NCBI GenBank assembly: GCA_964650515.1
Contig: CAZYUB010000001.1
Span: 1,726 to 65,725, forward strand
From: an uncultured Planctomycetia bacterium
GTDB lineage: Bacteria > Omnitrophota > Gorgyraeia > Pluralincolimonadales > Pluralincolimonadaceae
Direction: 5' to 3'
DNA: 64,000 nt
The notes below the pieces were generated by a model. The model ran no database searches and had not been told where the DNA came from. It saw only the letters and a list, made by a program, of their open reading frames with translations. Positions 6,470 to 14,086 of this stretch are shown piece by piece. Position numbers and translations under genes: made by a program. Position 1 is the first letter of the stretch. Each line of letters begins with the position of its first letter.

Positions 6470-8718
6470 CAGATATCCCCTTCCCTGTAATAGGATATAC
6501 GCACGTCGGGCAGATACGTTATCGTCACATCCTCAAGGGCGATCGTCTCGCTCAGGTACGGCTCGGTCCCGAGGCCGGAAGACGGTGTATCAAGAGTCGT
6601 AAAGTTCGCCCTGAACTGTATGCTCGGCGATGCCGGCGAAATGACCGCGCTTCCCGGAAGGATACCGGGAGACGGCAGGGTCCATGAGGCGCCTCCGTCA
6701 ACGCTTGTCTGGAAATACACGATCTCCGAAGCCGGATTCGCTCCCTGGCTGAGCGTCACGGTAGCCCCGATCGTCCCCCACCTGACATCCCCTTCCGGGC
6801 TCACGAACGGTTTTGATTCGAAATAACCTCCGTCCTGCGGGATGACCCTTATGCCGTCGGCCCAGCACATCGGCGTAGGCGTCATCATAGCGCCGTGCGC
6901 CTGCCAACCGACCTGCCCCGATGTATGGTTGCTCGTATAAGTATTATGGATATACCTCTGCAGCTCGGGCGGCCCGCCCTGCCTATAAGCGTAAAAATAG
7001 TGGTCGGTATCGGATAAGGTGACCGTTATCGAGGTGTTCGTGACATAATATCCGTTGCTGAGCCATCCGGTCATAAGGTTGCCCGGCCCGACCTGCGTCT
7101 GCATCTCCGCCCATGTCGTGTCGGCGGGAGGGTTGCCGTATTCCTGCTTCATCCTTACCGTATCGTCGCTGCCGAGCATGTGCCTGCTTAAGTTCATCAT
7201 CACGTCCCACTGCTTGTATTCATAACCCGTCACCTGCATCTTCCTGTATGGGGATATGCCGTCGGATACCGTCGCCCTGAAGGCAAACCTGTCCCAATCC
7301 AGTTCCGGCGGCAATGATGGCTGCTGCCCGAGGACCGTTATCGGGGCGTTGTAAGGCGCGACCATCTGCGGTATGAATACGAGCTCGTTCTTGCCGTCGG
7401 AATTTTCGTCCTTTATCGTGTTAGAGTCCGTCCGGGGGAACCAGAAATACGAAAGCCTGTTGCTCATCGACGCTTCCATCCAGCGCCCTTCGATATAGAA
7501 CATGGACGCGTCCCCGGAAAATGTGTCGTCCATATTGTCCCAGAAACCGTTCTTTACCGAGTCCGGGACGGTCCTGTAATCCGACCCGTGGTTCCAGCTG
7601 TTCACGGAATTTATCGTCTCGACCGGGCAGGAGTCGAGCGTGTTCGTCTTAAATGCGGCCGGGGCGGTGTCCCCGTCGCTGCCCTGAAAATGCTCTTTTG
7701 CGGTCTGGTTCAATATGCCGTAGATCCTTACGAGCGATACGGCCTTCTTTTTCGCGTTATCGGCAAGTCCTGCCGACTCTATCAGGTACCACCCTCCGGG
7801 ATGGAAGCAGAAGTCGGTCGTATAGCCCGCCGGCTTTACCCGGTTCGGGTTCGCGTTGTCTTTTATCTTCTGCCTGTCGTCGGCGTCCAGCGGAGGGGTA
7901 ACCGGTACGGTATCGATGAATCCCTCGAATTGGCGCCATCCGGTAAAAGGTGACGAGGCCCTGTACGCAAGGATCGCGCCGGCCAATGATTCGGCCTTCT
8001 CCCCGGTAATGACACCGGACAATACGGCCCTTAAGACCTGCGCGCTTGCCGTATTTATGTTAACCGGTGATTTCGGCATATAAGGTTCTCCGCGGACAGA
8101 GTCGTCGCTATTGGCGTCCACATAACCTACAACGGTTATATAATCTTTTATCGCGTCGAATTTTGTCCTGTCGATGGATGAATACACCATTATCTCTTCC
8201 GCGGTAATATATCCCGCGGCCGGGCGGTTGTCGGCTATCGACTGCCCGTCGCTCTCGGAAAGCGGCGATCCGACGGCCACGGCCAGGTTGCCCAGTATAT
8301 CCCTGATCCTCGCGTTGGGGTCGTTTATATTTATGCGGCCCGCGGAATCCGATATCCTGACCGCGAATGACGCCGGGACCCTTTCTCCGGACAGTATGCC
8401 GCTGGCCCCGTTTCCGATGACGCCGTCATATGCATCCAGTGAAGGATTGGCCGCGCCGGGATAAGCCCATTCGTCCAAAGGCATTGCATTGAAATCCGCG
8501 CCGGCGATCTCCCTCATGCGCGCTATTGCAAGCGCTATGCCGGCTTGCGCGGCATATATAGCTTTGGTATTGTCCCGGAAATTAGAGGCAAACTTGTATT
8601 CAGACACCGATAACATCGCAAATGACGTCGCTATAGCCGCCAACAGGGCCAACACGCAGACCGAAACGAGCAAGGCTGCACCGCGTTTCATCCCTTTTCT
8701 CACCAGGCCCATTTTCAT
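6469..8718 (-). CDS. Giant GspK/PilX-like minor pseudopilin (749 aa) with a large unknown C-terminal extension
   Basis: N-terminus KRGAALLVSVCVLALLAAIATSF…AAQAGIALA resembles the GspK hydrophobic segment and following helix. The internal PVNINTASAQVLRAVLSGV is the GspK helix-hairpin-helix NINTA motif. About 400 further residues have no recognisable family. Confidence 0.55.
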   Translation of the reverse strand: MKMGLVRKGMKRGAALLVSVCVLALLAAIATSFAMLSVSEYKFASNFRDNTKAIYAAQAGIALAIARMREIAGADFNAMPLDEWAYPGAANPSLDAYDGVIGNGASGILSGERVPASFAVRISDSAGRININDPNARIRDILGNLAVAVGSPLSESDGQSIADNRPAAGYITAEEIMVYSSIDRTKFDAIKDYITVVGYVDANSDDSVRGEPYMPKSPVNINTASAQVLRAVLSGVITGEKAESLAGAILAYRASSPFTGWRQFEGFIDTVPVTPPLDADDRQKIKDNANPNRVKPAGYTTDFCFHPGGWYLIESAGLADNAKKKAVSLVRIYGILNQTAKEHFQGSDGDTAPAAFKTNTLDSCPVETINSVNSWNHGSDYRTVPDSVKNGFWDNMDDTFSGDASMFYIEGRWMEASMSNRLSYFWFPRTDSNTIKDENSDGKNELVFIPQMVAPYNAPITVLGQQPSLPPELDWDRFAFRATVSDGISPYRKMQVTGYEYKQWDVMMNLSRHMLGSDDTVRMKQEYGNPPADTTWAEMQTQVGPGNLMTGWLSNGYYVTNTSITVTLSDTDHYFYAYRQGGPPELQRYIHNTYTSNHTSGQVGWQAHGAMMTPTPMCWADGIRVIPQDGGYFESKPFVSPEGDVRWGTIGATVTLSQGANPASEIVYFQTSVDGGASWTLPSPGILPGSAVISPASPSIQFRANFTTLDTPSSGLGTEPYLSETIALEDVTITYLPDVRISYYREGDI

Positions 8719-8761
8719 CGGATAAATAACTTTCGTTATTCTAAATTGTTTTATCTTTAAG

Positions 8762-8795
8762 GCAAAAACTGGGCTGCCCTAAAAAACGGGCAGCC
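8762..8795 (-). terminator. Intrinsic terminator of gene 8808..10508
   Basis: Hairpin gggctgccc…gggcagcc followed on the minus strand by AGTTTTTGCC. Confidence 0.65.
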
Positions 8796-8807
8796 GTTAT
8801 CCTCTTA

Positions 8808-10508
8808 TTACGGGGCTTTTTCTAATGTAAGCGGATTAAACTTGTTCTTGGCGAATATGTACCACGAGGCCACGGACACCGTCCCCATATCCGGCCTGCT
8901 CCAGTTATAACCGCCTTCCCTGTTTGCCGTATAAGGTATCGTACGGCCCTTCGCCCCCTTGATATTCCTGTCGACGAGGAAGGCGTCCATCTGGTTGGCG
9001 TAGAAATACCCCCTCTCCCTGTCGCCTTCGGTAATATACGCGCACGCTATATGGCCGGTGCCGTCGAGCCATATATTGTTTACGTTTATATCGGCATGGT
9101 CGAAGAAGCCCATGACTTCCTTTCCGTTCACGTTCAGCGTCTTGCGGTACCTGAGGTCATATTCCGGGATATTCAGCAGGGCCGCCGATCCCCTGCCGTA
9201 TGCGAGGACCCTCCAGGTATAGTTATCCAGCGGAAGCGTGTTGCCTTTCAGCACCGAGTCGAGCCATACGCGTATCTTATCCGCATAGGCGTCCTCCTTG
9301 CAAAGTTTCAACGCGGCATAGCAGTCGATGTTGCCTTCGGGATGCCCGCCGTCCTCGTGGAGCTTCTTGTCCCCGCTCCTCCATCCGTGCTGTATATAAC
9401 CGCCCTTCCCTCCCGGATCGTCCTTATACCATGATATCAGCAGGTCTTTCAGCATCCCCGTGATATCCCTGTATCTCTCCGCCCCGTATTCCTTCTCATA
9501 ATATTTATACGCGATAAGCAGCCATGCCATGTCGCCCATCCAGCGGTCCGCCTTGCCGGGGTTATGGTATGCAGAGAGGTTCCCCTCGTTCCTGAGGTTG
9601 ACGTACTGGAAGAAACCTCTTGCCTCGCCCTTATAAAAGAAGTTCTGGTATGACGGGCACCTGTTCTTTACGACCGTGGACTCCGCGAAGAAATCGAGTA
9701 TACGTTCGGCTCTTTCTTTTTCTCCCTTCACGATGAACGCCATTGCCACAAGGGCGTTGTTGAAAGTATGGGCCTGGTTGTCTTCGGCCGTGGGCAGAAG
9801 TTGTTTTTCCGGAGAAAAATTATCCTGGCACAATTTGAGCCATTCCAATACGAGCGGGTCCTCGGGTATAAGCTCCGCGGCCCTTCTCTGTTTGAAACCT
9901 ATGCCTTTAAGCTCCCTGTCCGGGTCGAGCACCGGGCCCACGACCGAGAATGAGGCCGGCAGCCCCGGCTTGTCCAACCCTATCTCGTCCAGGTCCACCG
10001 TGCCTTTTCCTTTTCCGGAGAAAGCGATCTCGAGGTTGGCGAGTTTATCGAACTTATCATCCCCGCCCCACCCGTATTCAAGGTTATTCCTGTATACCAC
10101 GACCTGCGTCCAATCCGTGTATTTGCCCCTCAAAGGGAATTTCCTGAAGAATACGGAACCGTCCGCGTCGACCAGCTTGATCTCCATGTCCGAAGACGAA
10201 TCGGACTTGATCAGGAACGTCAAAGGGACATCCTCCGGCATCTTCTCCGTCATCTTCCTGCGCATAAGCACCCAGCCGTAATCGCCCCTGAGCTCATATA
10301 CCGCCCGGATACCGTCGTCCGGCTTCTCCGGTATGGGGGATATCTCTATCGTGCTCTTACCGTCCATATCGGCCTTCCATTGGCTAATGTCGTCCCAGCT
10401 CGCCTTAATGGGGGGTTGGGGCTGCTGCCCGGGTTTTTGCGCTTGCTCATACTCCTTGCAGCCGGATATTAACAGCAGGAACGCCGCCAGGCAGACAACC
10501 TTTTTCAT
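8808..10508 (-). CDS. Lipoprotein: N-terminal CBM/CIA30-like beta-sandwich plus C-terminal (alpha/alpha)6 six-hairpin glycosidase-like domain
   Basis: Lipobox LLISGC. C-terminal half (…NTFNNALVAMAFIV…WYIFAKNKFNP) is homologous to the N-terminal half of the 14086..15843 protein, and its N-terminal beta-rich domain to the other's C-terminus. Fold assignment is by pattern only. Confidence 0.45.
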   Translation of the reverse strand: MKKVVCLAAFLLLISGCKEYEQAQKPGQQPQPPIKASWDDISQWKADMDGKSTIEISPIPEKPDDGIRAVYELRGDYGWVLMRRKMTEKMPEDVPLTFLIKSDSSSDMEIKLVDADGSVFFRKFPLRGKYTDWTQVVVYRNNLEYGWGGDDKFDKLANLEIAFSGKGKGTVDLDEIGLDKPGLPASFSVVGPVLDPDRELKGIGFKQRRAAELIPEDPLVLEWLKLCQDNFSPEKQLLPTAEDNQAHTFNNALVAMAFIVKGEKERAERILDFFAESTVVKNRCPSYQNFFYKGEARGFFQYVNLRNEGNLSAYHNPGKADRWMGDMAWLLIAYKYYEKEYGAERYRDITGMLKDLLISWYKDDPGGKGGYIQHGWRSGDKKLHEDGGHPEGNIDCYAALKLCKEDAYADKIRVWLDSVLKGNTLPLDNYTWRVLAYGRGSAALLNIPEYDLRYRKTLNVNGKEVMGFFDHADINVNNIWLDGTGHIACAYITEGDRERGYFYANQMDAFLVDRNIKGAKGRTIPYTANREGGYNWSRPDMGTVSVASWYIFAKNKFNPLTLEKAP

Positions 10509-10620
10509 CGATATCTCCTTCAGTATATGAGTTTCTTATTACTAAATTGTTTTACCAGTTAATAAAGATACCACCGGAATGCGCTTTTGTCAAATAAATA
10601 TTATGCGGAGGGAATAGGCA

Positions 10621-10667
10621 GGAAATAGAAAAAGAGCTTCCAATTCCTGGAGCGGAAGGTTGGAAGC
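10621..10667 (-). terminator. Intrinsic terminator after gene 10703..11335
   Basis: Hairpin gcttccaa…ttggaagc followed by a T-rich tract on the minus strand. Confidence 0.5.
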
Positions 10668-10702
10668 CCTTTTTCGTCCCCCTACTTCTTAAGCTATACT
10701 GC

Positions 10703-11335
10703 TTACTTCTTTCTCGAAAAACCTACCAAACCGATCAGGCCTGAGCCGAGAAGCAGCAGGCTGGCCGGTTCCGGAACGGCTGCGACGTCAAAGTTGAAGT
10801 TGTCGAAATCGCTCTGGCCGGGTACCTCATAAAGCGGAGCAGCACCGTAGGTGCCGAACATGACCCTTGCCTTAACAGCGTCGGTCGGCGCAACCACAAC
10901 ACCGGTATCTCCGAGGTTATACTGATCCCTTGTCAGGGCCTTCATGTCAATCGTCCTTGTGAGCGCGGTTGAGCCGTTGGCTCTGAGGAATTTCACTCCG
11001 ATATAAGATCCCCAAGCGCCGGCTACCGAACCTGAGGGGACCCACGCATAACCCGTAAGACGATACGATTCTCCGCCCGTGATGTTGACTTCCTGCTTCA
11101 AACCGCCATCGTTGTAGTTATGAAGGTTCCAGGCGCCGTTCTGAGGATTATCCTGCACGCCTGCCTGATTGCCGGCATTCCAGCCATCGGGAGCTTCGGC
11201 AGACCAGCCATACGTATGGCTTCCGTCAACCGAGATCTCAAAATCACCGTTGACCAACAGGTTCGCGCTGGCTACGCCAGGCACCAACAGCACTACCAAG
11301 CTTACCAATGCTACTAGTTTACCCATCTTTTTCAC
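10703..11335 (-). CDS. Secreted CBM4_9-like protein with PEP-CTERM sorting signal
   Basis: GTG start, signal peptide, NLLVNGDFE motif, C-terminal AAVPEPASLLLLGSGLIGLVGFSRKK. Confidence 0.8.
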   Translation of the reverse strand: MKKMGKLVALVSLVVLLVPGVASANLLVNGDFEISVDGSHTYGWSAEAPDGWNAGNQAGVQDNPQNGAWNLHNYNDGGLKQEVNITGGESYRLTGYAWVPSGSVAGAWGSYIGVKFLRANGSTALTRTIDMKALTRDQYNLGDTGVVVAPTDAVKARVMFGTYGAAPLYEVPGQSDFDNFNFDVAAVPEPASLLLLGSGLIGLVGFSRKK

Positions 11336-11349
11336 TTCACCCCTTTCTT

Positions 11350-11980
11350 TTACTTTTTCCTCTTGTTAAACAACCCTACTCCCAACAATCCACTTCCCAG
11401 CAATAACATACTGGCGGGTTCCGGAACGGGGGCGGATTCAACGATGAGGTCATCAAAGATTCCCCCTTCCGTCACCACTGCCAGTACCAACATTGTTGAC
11501 TTCCCAAACCATGGTCGCCTTGACTATGTCGGATCCGTAGCTTGACGGGGTCACCAAAGCTGTCATATCATTCCAAACATTGTCCGCAAGCTCATTGCCC
11601 GTAAGGTTTCCCGTGGTCCACGTTCCCACTATGGAATCATCCGAACGCTTGAATTCCACCCTTAATGAAGCGAATGTGCCGTTCCTGAGGGATTCATTCC
11701 CGGCAGCATCATCAAACAAATAACCGCCGACTCTATACACCGAACCGGGATCCGTTATCGTGACATCCTGCCAGCCCGATGTCGCCCACCAACCTGCGGC
11801 GGAATAGCTGCCTGAATTTCCCCATGCATTTATAGTCGCATTTGTGCCGTTCCATTGGCTCCATCCGGTAAAATCCCCGCTTTCGAACCCGGAGTTGGCC
11901 AGAAGATTGGCGTGCGCCATTGAATATGAGGATAGCATCATTGCGAGAGCGATTACTAATGCGGCTTTTCTCTTCATCAT
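11350..11980 (-). pseudogene. PEP-CTERM CBM4_9-like paralog interrupted by a +1 frameshift in a G5 run (~11460)
   Basis: ORF 11453..11980 ends …GDGRGNL*. The next frame continues GIFDDLIVESAPVPEPASMLLLGSGLLGVGLFNKRKK*, the expected PEP-CTERM tail, ending at 11350. The intact paralog 12261..12932 reads GDGRGIFDDLMV… through the same point. Confidence 0.6.
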
Positions 11981-11995
11981 TCCTCAACCCCCTTT

Positions 11996-12012
11996 ATCGA
12001 AACGTGTTTATT
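11996..12012 (-). promoter_or_regulatory. ACACGTGT-type box (ATCGAAACGTGTTTATT) just upstream of the RBS of gene 11980
   Basis: Degenerate copy of the TTCGACACGTGTTTAA box, 17 nt before the start codon. Confidence 0.4.
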
Positions 12013-12084
12013 AATCGGACATAATAAACTGTTTTTGTCATTCGGTTGATTTTGTATTTCAGAAGTTGCTGCCGTAGACCATTA

Positions 12085-12139
12085 TTCGACACGTGTTTAA
12101 GAGTGCCTATAATATACATTAAGAAAGTAAAAGTGTCAA
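12085..12139 (-). promoter_or_regulatory. Sigma70 promoter (TTGACA-N17-TATATT) with a TTAAACACGTGTCGAA operator box at +4..+20
   Basis: Minus-strand -35 is plus 12134-12139 and -10 is plus 12111-12116. The imperfect palindrome around CACGTG at 12085..12100 lies immediately downstream. It carries the same UP-like upstream element as the other island promoters. Confidence 0.5.
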
Positions 12140-12185
12140 GAGAATTAAATTGCTTATTTATAGTTCTTTATTGCTCTATATGAGA

Positions 12186-12220
12186 ACAAAAAATGCGGGA
12201 GGGCGTTCCTGCCCTCCCGC
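12186..12220 (-). terminator. Intrinsic terminator of gene 12261..12932
   Basis: Hairpin gcgggagggc…gccctcccgc followed on the minus strand by ATTTTTTGTT. Confidence 0.7.
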
Positions 12221-12226
12221 ACGCTT

Positions 12227-12255
12227 CTCCCTCGGGTTATTGGGGGTTGAGGAAG
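12227..12255 (-). ncRNA. Conserved 3' UTR stem-loop (CTTCCTC-N15-GAGGGAG), copy 3
   Basis: Minus-strand CUUCCUCaacccccaauaacccGAGGGAG occupies the same position (stop, stem-loop, terminator) as copies 1 and 2. Confidence 0.5.
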
Positions 12256-12260
12256 AATAT

Positions 12261-12887
12261 CTACTTCCTGGAGCTCTTCTTTCCTATTCCGAAAATACCG
12301 ATCAGGCCTGAGCCGAGAAGCAATAAGCTTGCCGGTTCCGGTATCGGCTGTGTATCTACCATCAGGTCGTCGAATATACCGCGGCCGTCTCCAGAACCGC
12401 TGTTATTGACTTCCCATACCAGAGTTACATGGTCGATACCGACACCATAGCTCGACGGCGTAACAATGGCTGTCTTGTCGTTCCATACGTTGTCTGTCAG
12501 GTTGGCGCCGGTCAAATTGCCGGTCGTCCAGGTCCCAACGATGTTGTTGGCGGCATTCTTGAATTCTGCCCTTATCGAGGCATACCCGCCGTTCCTGAGC
12601 GATTCGTTTCCCGCGACGTCATCATAGATGTAGCCGCCGATCCTCACCGACGCATTTGCGTCCGTGATAGCTGCGTCCTGCCATGCTGATGTCGCCCACC
12701 AACCTGCTGCGGAATAATTGCCCGTACGGCCCCAGCTGTTCATTGCCGTATTGGCGCTGTTCCACTGTCCCCAGTTACTGAAACTCCCCGTCTCAAATCC
12801 AGCGTTGCTGAGAAGATTAGCGGCATCCGCGTGAACCGGAATTACGAGAGCTGCTGCAAACAGAAGCACTGCAAACAACTTTCCCAT
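12261..12887 (-). CDS. Secreted CBM4_9-like protein with PEP-CTERM sorting signal
   Basis: Start placed at the internal ATG with AAAGGAGGA RBS (the track ORF extends to 12932). Signal peptide, NLLSNAGFETGSFSNW motif, C-terminal PIPEPASLLLLGSGLIGIFGIGKKSSRK. Confidence 0.8.
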   Translation of the reverse strand: MGKLFAVLLFAAALVIPVHADAANLLSNAGFETGSFSNWGQWNSANTAMNSWGRTGNYSAAGWWATSAWQDAAITDANASVRIGGYIYDDVAGNESLRNGGYASIRAEFKNAANNIVGTWTTGNLTGANLTDNVWNDKTAIVTPSSYGVGIDHVTLVWEVNNSGSGDGRGIFDDLMVDTQPIPEPASLLLLGSGLIGIFGIGKKSSRK

Positions 12888-12908
12888 AACTTTTCCTCCT
12901 TTCTTCAA

Positions 12909-12923
12909 TTCGACACGTGTTGA
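12909..12923 (-). promoter_or_regulatory. ACACGTGTCGAA box, RBS-proximal copy
   Basis: Minus-strand AACACGTGTCGAA about 25 nt upstream of the start codon of gene 12261..12887. Confidence 0.45.
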
Positions 12924-12977
12924 GTTATTCATTACAATAATCCCTTGCCGGAACTAATAGGGATTTATTTAGAACGA

Positions 12978-13032
12978 TTCGACACGTGTTTAATTGTTAA
13001 TTTATTATGCATTAAGTAAGTGTTCATGTCAA
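12978..13032 (-). promoter_or_regulatory. Sigma70 promoter (TTGACA-N18-ATAATA) with a TTAAACACGTGTCGAA box at +3..+18
   Basis: The -35 is plus 13027-13032, the -10 is plus 13003-13008 and the box is 12978..12993. A hairpin TCCCT…AGGGA at 12941-12970 lies between the two box copies. Confidence 0.5.
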
Positions 13033-13063
13033 GATTAATATATTGCTTTTTTTTAGGACTAAT

Positions 13064-14086
13064 TCAGGAGGGCTTGACGGACTCTCTGCGAATGTATTCC
13101 GGAGTGAAAATTACCGTATCGTTCTCTATCTTTTTTCCCGATACTATATCCAATAACATCTGCGCGGCGGTCTTGCCAATCTCGACCAGCGGAAGCCTCA
13201 TGGAACTCAATGTCGGAGATCCCGGCGGAAAAGGGAACATGTCGTTGAAACCTATTACCGAAATATGCTCGGGGACCGAAAGGCCGTCGTCACGTATCCT
13301 TCTTATCGCGGCAAGCGCCATGACGTCGTCCGAAGCCACTATGCCGGTGATCCTCGGCTCCTGCTTCAACAGGATACCGGTAGCTTCGTATGCTTTTTCG
13401 TAGATAAACAGCCCTTCGGCCACAAGGTTTTCGTCGAATCCCGCGCCCGCTTCGGATAACGCCTTTTTGTATCCCGCAAGCCTGTCCTGGTCGAGCTGGA
13501 ACCTTAACGCGCCGCTGAGGAACGCTATCCTTTTATGGCCGGTGTCGAGCAATTCCTTCGTCGCCCTGAAAAGGCCTTCCTTGTTATCTATCAGGACCTT
13601 GGGTATCTTCGCCTCCTTTATGTACCTGTTCACGAGCACTACCGGGAACTTCTTTTCGAAAAGCGTCATCACATCCTTCTCGAGGGCTTCTTCGACGAGT
13701 ATGCACATGCCGTCGACCCTTTTTTCTTCGAAGGCCTTCATGTAATACGGGGAAAGCGGTTCTTCTTTCGGCTTTATCGCACGGGTCAACTGGAAATAAT
13801 AACCGTTCTTCTCCAGCACTCCGGCAATGCCGCTGACTACGTGGCTGAAATACGAATAATATATGTCCTCGAAATCTTTTACCACTACGGCGATGTTGAA
13901 TGTCTTCCTGCTGACAAGGCTGCGGGCTATCACGTTAGGCGTGAAATCAAGGTCCGCGACCACCTTGCTGACACGCTCCTGCGTCTTCTTGCCCACCTTC
14001 TGGAGGTCCTTACCGTTTATGACCCTCGAGACGGTGCTTATGGATACTTTCGCTTTTTTGGCTATGTCTTTATATGTATATGCCAT
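13064..14086 (-). CDS. LacI-family transcriptional regulator
   Basis: N-terminal HTH (YKDIAKKAKVSISTVSRVINGK) and periplasmic-binding-fold effector domain. Its ATG overlaps the TAA of the upstream glycosidase-like gene. Confidence 0.85.
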   Translation of the reverse strand: MAYTYKDIAKKAKVSISTVSRVINGKDLQKVGKKTQERVSKVVADLDFTPNVIARSLVSRKTFNIAVVVKDFEDIYYSYFSHVVSGIAGVLEKNGYYFQLTRAIKPKEEPLSPYYMKAFEEKRVDGMCILVEEALEKDVMTLFEKKFPVVLVNRYIKEAKIPKVLIDNKEGLFRATKELLDTGHKRIAFLSGALRFQLDQDRLAGYKKALSEAGAGFDENLVAEGLFIYEKAYEATGILLKQEPRITGIVASDDVMALAAIRRIRDDGLSVPEHISVIGFNDMFPFPPGSPTLSSMRLPLVEIGKTAAQMLLDIVSGKKIENDTVIFTPEYIRRESVKPS

